DNA of 64,000 nucleotides from Cyanophora paradoxa CCMP329 (taxonomy: Eukaryota > Plantae > Glaucophyta), in NCBI GenBank assembly GCA_004431415.1, contig QPMI01000249.1, positions 25,079-89,078 of the forward strand, in the 5' to 3' direction. The position numbers and the translations under genes were made by a program. The notes beneath the pieces were generated by a model. The model was not told the origin of the DNA and did no database searches. It was given only the letters and a program-made list of their open reading frames with translations. Shown here in pieces: positions 22,930-34,300 of the stretch (its first letter is position 1; each line of letters begins with the position of its first letter).

Positions 22930-23798
22930 TACTCCCACGACACATAAAGAGCAACAAGAATCCAGGAAGGTAACTGTGCCGAGCGAGGCCCGCGATAGCA
23001 CACGTCATATGCTGGGCGAGCACCATTGCAGGTGCACGCAAGGCAAGCTGCAACTGTGGCCACCATGGAGCTGAGGGCCACTGAGGGACAATAAAAACTG
23101 CCGAGGCCCTACACTGGCGGACATGTGACACAAGGTGCAAGAGGAAATTTGGGTCCGGAAAGACGTAATTACGAGCACCACGCCAGGTTGCTGTAAAGCA
23201 ATCATATCCTTCAGCATGTCGATCATTCAAATCAATGGAAAAGTATCGATTTAGGTGAGTGTTGGCTGATGAGGCCATACGATCAATATCAAAAGGTCCA
23301 AATGTCCGACTGACCATGGCAAAATATCCAGGTTTCAACGAGTAGTCGGCGGGGTAAAAGTAGCGACTCAAAGCATCGGACCACTCATTGTCAACACCAG
23401 GAATGTGTTCTGCTTCAATGCTGATGCAATTGAGCAGAGCAATATCCCAAATTGCTGCTGCAACTCGGCAAAGGTATTCATGTCTTCCGCCACCATTGTT
23501 GATGTAGGCCACAGTCACTGTGTTGTCCGAGCGAACTAAGATGTTCTGATTGCGCAATAAACCTTGATAGTGCTGCATAGCGCGAAGCACTGCCATTAAC
23601 TCGCGCCACGACGAAATTTGCTGAGCTTCTTCTTGGTTCCACAGGCACTGGAATGGGGCAGGCTCAAGCTCCCAAGCCACAGGTTGAGCATCACCAATTC
23701 GGGTAGTGATCCAGGCTCCTGCACCAACATGGCTTGCATCCGTAGTCAACACAAGGAGCCTTTCAGGCCGAATAGGGCAGCGGCCATTGTATCGGTGG
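22930..23798 (-). pseudogene. 5'-truncated duplicate of pol (RH-MT part only)
   Basis: Same protein sequence as the C-terminal half of 19244-21208; RT missing. Confidence 0.85.
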
Positions 23799-25305
23799 CT
23801 TTCAGCGTGAAGGAGGTTCTGCAGAGTCTGTCGCGCGCGCTCTGTTTCTCGGAGTCTGTCATGCGCGCGCGGCGCGGCGCGGGGGCTAGCGCTGGGGATC
23901 TAGATCTAGAGCTCCCGATCAATGAGCCCCGGCCCGTCGTGCCCGCGCGCAGAGCCTGTGTGACGACAGCCTTGTCCAGTTCGACAATTGCAAGATCGGG
24001 ATCAGTAACTACTACTGGCGAGCTCGAGCTGCTGTTCAGTTTGAATCTAGATGAATTTTTAGAGCGTACTTAATTGTGTAATTGGAAATTGAGCGCCGCA
24101 AGTATATAACGTTAACGCCGCGATTTATCTCAGGGCGTTTCCGAGCACGTGCACGGCGGGCCAGCAGCGCGCCTCGCGGATCAAGCAGCTCCAGGACTGC
24201 GTCGTGGCTGCCGAGGAGCAGAAGAAAACGCTCTCGGACCAGAAGGAGAAATCGCAGCACGGGAAGGAGGACTTGGTGCGTCGGAGGTCTCACAGCTGCA
24301 GCCGTATTTATTTAATTAGCTGCCGCGGCTGCGCCACTTTAATTTCGTGTGAGATTTGTATTAGATCTAAACGGAATTTGACATTTAGGCGGACCGCGCG
24401 GCGCTGCTGGAGCAGCTGGGCGCTAGAGCGCGAGGACGACGCCCTCTCTTCAGAGCTCGCGATCGCCCGGTGATCATGAGTCTCGCAGTTGCAATTGCTC
24501 GCGCGCGGATCCCGGAGCGCCAACGCGTACGGTACCTGTGCATGCGCACTAGACTCAATCAATGATTGCAATTGACTTGAATTTTGAAAAAGAGAAGAGT
24601 TTGAGGGCGCATTGAATTCGCAGGAATTTAAATTAGACGCGCCCGCGGCCGCGTTCGTGCGCGCAGCTACCGCGACTGCGATCCAGAGGTGCGCGATCGC
24701 GGTTTACATGTTTCAAGTTTATAATTACCGTAGTACTTTGAGTTCTTGGATTAATGAACCTGGTGCAGAGACGCAGACGACTGTACATGTCGCAACGGAG
24801 GCTGCAAATCGGTGCACGGGTGCGCATGCTTAAGTAATAATTCTTGGCCGACGCCCATGTACACGCGCACGTGCACGCGAAATCCGTGCGCAAGCACGTG
24901 CACGTGCGCGTGCACGTGCGCGCTGACAACGTTCTAGATCTAGATCTTCCGGCGAAGAAGCACTGCGCGGCGAAGCACAACATGGAGGCAAAGAAATTCA
25001 TGATCAGCCGGGCTTTCGACGTCCCTGAGGCGCGCCCAGAGGATTTGAAATTTCGCGATCGGATTCTATACCTTGTAACATCGATGGCTGATTATGACGC
25101 GTAAAGCGAAAAGGCCCTTTTCTCCTTTTCAAAAGCGAGAAGGCCCTTTTTCTCCTTTTTCCTCCTCTTCAACGTTAACAGGGGCATGCGCAGCGCACTG
25201 CACTGCACTCCATGACAACTCCATTGATGATTGCGAATCCATGCAGACAAATAAAAATGCCTCGATCAGCTGCTGCTGTTTAACAGTTACTACCCCCAAT
25301 TGTTG

Positions 25306-28300
25306 TCACTGAAGCTGGATATTGAACTGAACTGTAAACAAATACTGCCTTCTGTTATCCGCCTTGTCTCCGAGATTGATTTCCTGTCGCAAATTGGAAA
25401 TTCATGATCATAAGCAGTGATCAGACCTTGTATTACAGGCGTACGTACCTTTAGCGCCCATGTACCACCCGGGCTTCCGGCGGGCAGCGCGTGCGTGATG
25501 GTGTAGAGTTTCCACGCCCCGGGGTCGCCGACGAAGAAGCGGGTGTAGTAGTTCTCGTGGTAATGGTACTCGAACACGTCCCCGCCCGTCGGACTTAGCA
25601 GGCGGTACGAAACAGAGCCGAGGCCTGACCCGCCGTGATCCCGGGCCCAGTACCGGATGGTAACGTAAGTGCCTCCATTCGGATTGGTCGGGTCCGTGGG
25701 GGCCGCCTGGAACAACATTCAATACACCATGTAAAATCTTGTGCATTTATGGACACGCATACCGATACGGTGACGTTCGTCGCGTTGAGCTCCGGCTGGA
25801 ACAAATCGGCGACCGGCGTCGTGATGTTGATGTTGTATTGCTTATCTGGAGTGCGATACATCTCCGCCGCAGTGGTTTCCTGGGCGATGTTTGTGACTGT
25901 GTAGTGTTCGATAAAGTACGTCCTGAAAAATAATATTAGAGAGACGTCGACCGGGATTTAGCATTGCAATTGCAAGCTAATGATCACCCGTTGCGCTGGT
26001 AAGGATTGATATCGAAATCGACTGTGCAGTTATACGCGAACGCCTCGGTCAGTTTTACGCAGTACTGCTTTCCAACCTGCGCATGCAAAGCAAGAAAGAA
26101 ATTTTATGTATTAGTTATAGACGCGGACAGGGTCTGTCGCGTGCGAGATTAGTGTGTCTAATCGTGCGCGCGAGAAGCCCGTGCGGAGTGCAAGCTCGGC
26201 AGGGCGGGGTTTGGCGAGTGCTGCTGCTGTTAGCCACCGTGATGGTAGACTGAGGGTGTACCCGTCCAACTACGGCGTACCCCGACACACGCATACAAAT
26301 GACCGCGGCGCTCTAACTAGCCTAGGCGCCGTCGGCCTAGCAGCACGAAGGCTGCATACATCATCTAGAGCCCTAGCGGCTCACAATCGAGCATCCACTG
26401 TAAAGTCGGATGCGACAACTCCTCCTCTCGGATCCCGCGTCCGCGCGGGTCTACGCCCGAAGGCGAACAGAGAGAGGGCCGGGGAAGCCAGGAATTTGAT
26501 CGAGCCTGAGCTCTCTATACAACGCGACCCCGGCCGCTATACACAAACGCTCGGAGCTACCGGCTACTGCCGGGAATCGAAAAAAGGCTCCGAGCCACTC
26601 ACGGTCGGCGTCACCGGCTACTGCCGGGAATCGAAAAGACGCCGAGCCCGTCTACGTCCGGCGACTGCCGGGAATCGAAAAAGGCTGTCGCCCGGCGGGT
26701 GCCGGTACGACTCCAGCGTGTAGTGCCCAGGGGGCAAGGTCCAACTTCGGGCCGGCGGCCCAGGCAAACCCGCACGAGGCGAGCGGTACGGAGACAGAAG
26801 CCGAGGGGGGCCCTGCCCTCATCGCGCAGCACGTTAGCCGCAAGAGCGCACGCTGCAACAGCAACGCGGGGCGTAGCGTCGCGATGGCACTCGATAGCCC
26901 ACAGCAATATGCCCGTCCCAGCGCTTAGGGATATGCAGCCCGTCGTGCGACGCTGCCTAGGCACAAGCCGCGCTCCCACAGCAATTGCACGGCATCGAAT
27001 CGGGGGACCCCGACGGCGGTGGAGCTAGGGATCTCCAGGGCGAGGCTAGGCGCCGCCCACAGGGCTCAAACCACCGTCACTCGTGACGGCAGGTGCCCTG
27101 CCCGACCCGTGCATGCACGTCCATTGCGAGGGGGACGTGACCCTCCCAGGCGAACTGCCACCGAGCGTCCCCGGTGCAGAGCCCTGAATGGGGGAATTTT
27201 TGCGTCCCCAGTCGTCGTACCCGGAGTGGGATCCGGCGTAACGACCGCCTGCGTGTACCCCCACCGGCGCAAGGCGCGCCCTGGTACACCGCCAGGTCTT
27301 ACACGGAGGGGAATGGACATCCCCTGTCGCTGTACCCGAGGCAGAACTCGGCGTCACAGCCGCCTACCGACCCTTCTGCAGACGCGAGGCGCGTCCTAGG
27401 GCTCGGCTAGGTCTTCGGAGGGCCCCAGCCCTGTCACCGTGCCGAGCTGTGCTCAAGGCCACCGGCCGCCCGCGGCTCATCCAATTTGCCCGGGTCTTTA
27501 CAAGGGACTCGCACCCTGTCACCGCGCCGAGCTGTGCTCAAGGCTGACGGCCGCCCGCAGCCTCTTCTCTCGGCTCGGGGCTTTCGCGTTGTGCGCGGGG
27601 CTCTGAGGCCCGTCGATCCAGCCCGCCTCGGGCGATCTCTTGCTCAGCGCTGCCAAGGGGCTAGCGCAGCCGCTCTCCTGTCCTCACCCTCTCGCGGGGT
27701 CGGGACGCAGCTCAGAGCCGGCTTCCTAGATCTCATGATCAAGCCGCTCCCGCCGGAGCCGTTGGCACCGTGGCCGTGGCTTCCGGCCCGGACCACCCGC
27801 CGCCTTAACCGCCTTGGGGCCAGGCCGGCCACATGCGAGACGGAACTCATGGGTGTCCTTCTGGCGCCGCCTCAACAGGCCGGCCACCGGGTCTCCAAGC
27901 TCCTAGCTTGTGAGCAGGGCTCGCGGCCCGCCGCACCGCTCGGCCTGCAGCCGCAGCGTGCCGCCTGGGTGCCAACTTGTCGGGCAGTTCACCAGGTTTT
28001 TGGGCTGGGCACCAGGCCCTTGCCCCGCTAACGTTCGGTCCGGGCCCCGGAACCAACACGTGCGGCCTGGGCGCCAACTTGGCGGGCATCACCAGGACTT
28101 TAAGTTCAAGATAGTGCAAAGCTCTCGATGGAGCTGCTGGTGCCTGAACGCCTAGGGGCGAGCCAGGACTTTATTTCAGGGCTCGAGCTCTCGAGGGCAC
28201 TGTGTGCTCATGATCAAGCTCGCCCTTCATTGGAGCTTGGAAGCTCACGATTTTCGCAGGGGCTCACGGGCCGCCTGTCAAGCTCACGGCATGCCGTCAG

Positions 28301-31300
28301 GCGCTCGCCGGCCGCGGGGCCGGGCATCGTGCCTCTGGCATCGAGCTTCTCTTGAGAGTGCATCCCGAGCTCAAGGCTCCGCGGATTACATCTCATTTTG
28401 CAACGGCAGCTATGCCGCTCTCAGGCCGAGGAGCTCACGATCAGAGCATTAGCTGCCGCGAGGGCCAGCTACAGCGAGGGCCAGCCCTGGCCGCAAGGCC
28501 TGAGGCCACTTTCCTGGATTTCGCAAGGCCCGTGGACGCACTCAGCGACTGCAGTGCGCCGCGCGAAATCGCAGGCTTTCGACGAGAGAGTCTTGGAGGG
28601 ACTCCTCCTCTCGGAAAGACTGGTACCCGCTTGGGGTTTGCGATCTGATCTCGGCCACTGGCCACAGATCTAGATTGAGGCAAGCAGGAGGGCTCGCAAT
28701 TGCGGCGCCGGCCGCGGGCCTCTTTGCAGGCTTCAGCGAAAGAGGTACTCCTCCTCTCGGAAAGAGGGGCACCCCGATTGGGGCCCTCTTTCGCAAGTGC
28801 TATTTGATCTCGGCCAGCGGCCACAGATCCAAGCAAGCCGTGGGGCAGGAGGGCAAGCGGCAGCAATTGCACTGCTCGTGCAGCATGCATATGCCCGTGC
28901 TCACTCCTCCTCTCGGAAGACGTCGTCCCCGACGTCTGAAATCATGTACAAGTGTACAAATATACAGCCTGCTCAGAGGCAGGTATATTGGCCGCTTATT
29001 ACAGCGACACATGGGACTCTCGCAGGGGAGGCCCAGGCTCCGCGAAAAATTGAATCGCGGTTACGAGCAGGGCTGTTCTGGCGGCTGCCCAAGCCAGCCA
29101 GACCCTAGTGCAGCTGGTGCACGTGCTCACTCACGCTCCGCCGCAGGGCGCGCGGTCGGAGCCGCTGAGCTTGAGGGCGCAGGAAGCGCGGGGCGAGCAG
29201 CCCGTGTGGGGGGGTCGGAGCAGGCACTGTGGTGGTGCCCTGCCTCGCCACAGCGACCGCAGACTTCGTCTGGGTCCTGTTTTCCCTCATCGGACCAGTA
29301 CTCTTGCTCGTCGGCAGCATCCTCTTGGGATTGCTTTGGCCGATAGTACTGGCCGCGGCGCACCCAGGGGCGTACTGGGGCGAACGGGGTGCGCTTGGGG
29401 CACACATTTGCCCAATGACGCCGCGCCTCAACGGGGACGCTAGGGTCATCTGAGCACCCATAGCAGTCTGAGGGGGGGTACTCGGGGTACCCGAGCTCAG
29501 ACATGCGGCGCAGCACCTCCGCGACGGCAGCAGGCGAGCGGGACTGCACGGCCCAAGAGGACCCACGTGCTGAGATCGAGGGCTGGGCCCTGGGGTCGGC
29601 GTCCCGAGGCGCAGCAGGGCCAAGGGAGCTCGAGGACTCATCCTCGGCAAACTTTGCCTGCAGGATACGGGTCCGTTTTGCCTCTGGCGGCTGAGCAGCT
29701 GCCGGTGCAGGCGGGAACACGGCACGGCAGCCGTGGCGCGTGCACTGCTCGATGAAAATATCATCAAGCTCGAGCGGCGAGACAGCGCCGTCACGGGCAA
29801 GGAGGCGCTGCTGCAGCGCAGCGAGGAACTCGCGCATCGTGCGCTCGTTCTCTTTCGCGAAGCCGGCCATCCGAACCTCAAGGTTCTGATATTCCGGGTC
29901 CTTGCTCGTCGAGCGGGCCTCGAGCGCGATGCGCAGGCAATCCGCATAGTACGCAGCGAGCCGCTGGCCCGGCGGCAGCGTGTGCCGCACAAGGGGCATG
30001 ACCCAGTCATGCCACGAGCGGGGGTCCTCGCCCGTGTAGGGCTCAGTGAGGGCCCGGCAGGCCGCATGCGGGCGCAGCTTGTGAATCCACGCCGTGATCG
30101 TATCGAGCAGCCCGGGGGCACGCAAGTACGAGTCACGCACGGCCACGATCGTGGCCTCATCACGCACGCAGCTCTGCTGCAGAGCGAGAATATTGGCATC
30201 ATCCTCGGCAGACCGCAGGTTTGCCGGGACAAGCTCGAGACGAGCGAGCGTGGCGCGGTCACGCTCTAGGAGAGCAACCGAGGCCTCATAGAGGTCACGC
30301 TTGCGCTCGATCTCAGCGCGGAGAGCGCCGGGGCGGATTCGCCCAACGATCACTCCGGCTAGTGCCTCCGACTTTGAGTACTCCTGGCCACCGGCAGAAT
30401 CCGGGCCAAACAAGTACTTCGTCGGCAGGGCCGACTGGAAGTTCCGCACATCCTTCCGGAACCGGTCGCCATCGGCGAGGCGCGGATTCGCAGGCAGGAA
30501 CGCGATCCGCACGGGATCATCGTCCGCCGCAGCGGAGGCAGCAAGTTGCTGCACATGCAAAGCAGCACCAGCCTGGGCATGCACAGGCTCGATGTGCGCG
30601 AGGGCAGACAGCCGGCTTCGGACTTCAGAACTGATCAGTTCAGAAGAGTTTGACATGGTGTTCTCTTTGCAACGTAAAGCCGCAAGAACAAGATGCCAGG
30701 GAGAGCACTAGGCGCGGGATTTGATCTGCAGCTCGCTGCAGAATCCGGCGCGGAGATCTCGCGGTCACGCAAGAGCGCGACTCAGGGACACTTAGAGAGC
30801 TGCTCGCAGCAGTCTCCGTGGCACGGTTGCTCGCAACCGGCGATGGGACAGGCAATGATGAGACTCTCGAGAGAGAGCTCGGCGCGTGCGCTTCGGTCTG
30901 GGGATGACCCGAAGCCCGCGATAGGCACTAGAGACGTTTCCGGTGCACTACCGTCCAACCGCAAGCGGTACAGGGCGGCGCACTCAAACGCAAAGCAACC
31001 GTGGGGACGGCGCTCGCGCGGAAAGCAGGTCTCTGGCTCCAATAGACACTGGGCAAGGCGGCGCAGCGATGCGCGCTGCGCGGCGGGGCTGGGGAGAGCG
31101 ATACGGACTCAGACCCTTGAAGGTTCGATTCCGGCAGAATGGCGCCTGTCGCGTGCGAGATTAGTGTGTCTAATCGTGCGCGCGAGAAGCCCGTGCGGAG
31201 TGCAAGCTCGGCAGGGCGGGGTTTGGCGAGTGCTGCTGCTGTTAGCCACCGTGATGGTAGACTGAGGGTGTACCCGTCCAACTACGGCGTACCCCGACAC

Positions 31301-34300
31301 ACGCATACAAATGACCGCGGCGCTCTAACTAGCCTAGGCGCCGTCGGCCTAGCAGCACGAAGGCTGCATACATCATCTAGAGCCCTAGCGGCTCACAATC
31401 GAGCATCCACTGTAAAGTCGGATGCGACAGGGTCGAAGCATGTAATTATAAGGAAATAGTCCTTTGACTCTGGATCGGGGTCCTAAAAAGGGGCAGCAGC
31501 TGCGGACCACCGCGTTGTCATTGATCAGGTTGCCATTCAGGACGTGCCGCAGCCTACTTCTGACGCTTTCGACAGCACTTCCGCTGAGGATCTTAAACGT
31601 CGCATACAGCCGCTGCGCAAACGGGCAGTCATGAACAAAGTCGACGCTCGCATTTTTCAATCTTTGATTTTGCACCTGGATTTCATACACGCGCCCGCTC
31701 TCCGTGACGTTGACCCGCTGGATGACATGGCTCGTTGTGTTGTCAAATATGATTGGGCTCCCGTCTTGCTTCTCGAGGTTGTTAACCCAGAATCTGCGAA
31801 CCGTGGCCAAAGTCAAACGCGGGTCGAGCATTTTCAAATATTCTCGAGCAATCCGAATGCGTCGCGGACCTCCAGCCCGCGTCCTCGCCCTCGAGCTCCC
31901 TCTTCACGCCGTCGGCCGCCACGACATAGAAGAAGTACCCCGTCTTCACGAACCTGCGCTGTTACGGTCGATTTCGACGCTCGAGCTCTTCCCCTGGCGC
32001 TACAGCAGCCACAGGCGCCGTAGTGGGAGGATCGCGCGCCAGAAGCCCCCGCGGACACGCTCGGTGATCTCCATCGTGCCCCGCAGCAGCCCCGGGGTTC
32101 CGGTTGGGCTGAGCCATTGGTCCATGAACGCGGCCTCTTTATCCGTCGGAATACCCCAGTAAGTCCTGCGCGCACACACGTATTCACAACTCTGAACTCG
32201 ACAGGGGAAGCGCACGCATGCGCAGGCTTGGATCCGGGGCGTACCGGAAGAAGGCGTTCTTTGGGGAGGGGAAGAGGGTCGGGTCAATGCGGAAGGTCCA
32301 CTCGAACGTCGCCACCTTCTTGCCCTCGGGGGGCCCTTCCACCTGGGCTGGACTGAGTACATGTTCGAACGAGGACTGCAGCACGGGACGGAACCTTGAT
32401 GTCGACGCCGATGAGCTTGCCCGGGTACGAGGTGTCCGGGTCCAGGTTCAGGACCTGCGCATGCCGCGCTGTCGTACCCCCGAAGCGGGGGCCGGGGCGC
32501 GAAGGGGAATCCGGAGCCTCGGAGGCGCATGCGCAGGGTCGCGGCACCTGGAAGGTGAGGCCGGCGTTGGCGCCCTGCGGGTACCGGTTCCCATGCATCA
32601 CCTGCGGGCGGGGCGGCCAATTCGCATCAGAGTCGTGTATGTGTGTGTGTGGGGGGGGGGGGGGGGGGGGCGAGTGACATCGATCGCGACGTTGACCCCT
32701 GGCCAATATATAATTTTATAAGATTTAGGGTCCGAGCCCTTCGGGTCCGAGCTCGAGCTCGATGGCGAGGATCCGGAGCGGAGATGGAGAGAGCGGGAGT
32801 CTGCAGCTGGCCGCAGAGAACATGATTGTGACGTCGACCCCTGGCAATAATTATATACGATCTAAAAGTCCCAGCCCTTCAATTTCAACTGTCCCCCGAG
32901 CTCGATTGTGAGGCGTGGGACCGCACCCGGCGGGTGACGAACTCGGCGCGCTCGGCGCCGCGCGCGAGCTCGAGGAGCCGCCCGGGGGCCGTCACGTACT
33001 CCGCCAGCGCCAGGCACAGGCTGCGCCGGCGTCAAGCTCAAGCTTCGACTTCCGAGTTCTGTGAAGACTGTGTGAAGCTTAAGGCGCACTCTTCCTCGGG
33101 GGAGGCGGCGGCCGTGCCGTTCGCGACGCCGTGCGGCCACCAGAAGCGGCTCACATTCCCCTGCGCGGCGTCGGCACCCGTGCGGGCGGGGCGGCCGCGG
33201 GCGCGGCCCATCTGGAGGAGTCTGAATTGCTCGCACCGGCTTAGAGGTGGCCCAGGCGCTGGGCCCGCCCGTCCAGCCGCCGAGCGCCGCCCAGTCGCTC
33301 TTGAGGCCTTCCGAGAACAGGCGCGCCCTGCAATTGCAGAGGCGCGCGAGTCAAGATGCGTAAATTGAGAATAAATGCATAAATGAACGCGCGCGCGCGG
33401 ACCACATGAAGCGGGCGCTCTCGAAGAGGAGCGCCTCGTGGGCGCCCGGCGGGGCGAGCGCCGCGGGGTCGGCGCTCCCGTTCCGCGCCCCGTCAGAGAG
33501 CCGCTCGAAGGCCGCGCTGCAGGCGGGCTCAGATGCGCAGGCGCACACGATGGAGAGGGATTGAGGCTTTGAGGGGCCGGGGCGCCAGCCAAAAATAGGC
33601 ACAGGCCATGAGGTTAAAGGCGCATATGCATGCGATTATCCAATTCGAATCTTGAGGTCTTCATAAAAAAAGGCGCATTCAATGATGCGATGGCGGCACG
33701 TGCACGATCAACTTGCTGCGTGCAGTGTGAGGACCCGGGATGATTCGGGGAATCACTAGCCCCTCGCGAGATGGCCTGTTGGTAGAACTGCCGCCTTGAC
33801 ACCCCCTTAGTCGTTGGTTCGACTTCGGCTGGGTCCGGGTCGCAACGCGTCCATAACAAACTCACATCTAAATTTTAGCGGAGCCTAAAGTACGGGTCGG
33901 GCTGGGCGACCGCGATCGCGAGGGCGGCACCTGGAGAGCTCGATGTAGGAGTCGGCGGCCGCGGCCGGCCAGGCGCGGGCGAGGCGCCCCGACGAGGGCG
34001 GCGAGGCGCGCGCCAGGATGTACTTCATGCCCGGGGGCGCGTGGAAGCCCTGCCGCCCGCTCAGTTCAGCCTCAAAGTTCTAGATATATAGATTATGGCC
34101 CAGTGTTTCGGTCTAGGGGCAATGCGATGAAGCGCCATGATCTAGATCTAGAGTCGAGGGCGATGCGGGCGCATTTTGACTTGCAGTTGCATCGAATGTT
34201 GACGTTCCGGGGGTACCGGTGGAGATCTAGAGGCCCAGGGGGCCGGGGCCGGGGCGCACGAGGGGCATGTCCTCGAGGAGGGTGAGGAGGAGCAGCAGCT

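Larger units (their letters stand above)
16966..23798 (+). mobile_element. Tyrosine-recombinase retrotransposon (DIRS order), rearranged: leader-gag-leader-pol on +, followed by an inverted RH-MT-YR segment
   Basis: Gag with CCHC knuckle, RT-RNaseH-methyltransferase ORF and tyrosine recombinase; no integrase or protease; GC content lower than flanking host genes. Confidence 0.9.
20338..23798. repeat. About 1.03-kb inverted repeat: arm 1 20338-21364, arm 2 22774-23798
   Basis: Arm 2 is the reverse complement of the RH-MT coding region plus spacer; the differences I can see are homopolymer indels. Confidence 0.95.
26135..31429 (-). mobile_element. Non-autonomous gag-only LTR retrotransposon (5295 bp), recent insertion
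   Basis: Two apparently identical 283-bp LTRs with TGTCGC...GCGACA termini; 5-bp TSD GGGTC (26130-26134 and 31430-31434); PBS, PPT and gag all on the minus strand; no intact pol seen. Confidence 0.95.

Noticed and set aside
23800-25104. Possible + strand gene remnants (AAEEQKKTLSDQKEK; HVHAHVH...)
   Set aside because: I could not build a consistent exon chain or recognise a domain.
26549-26695. Hammerhead ribozyme or CRISPR-like array
   Set aside because: GAAA is present but there is no CUGANGA core on either strand; only three units whose spacers are self-complementary stems; no cas genes; eukaryotic context.
29229-29453. Hydrophobic + strand ORF as an env-like membrane protein
   Set aside because: It is the antisense of the charged gag C-terminus and has no ATG start; a typical shadow ORF.
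31100-31146. tRNA gene
   Set aside because: Only the T-loop and 3' acceptor strand are present, with no D or anticodon arms; it is a PBS.
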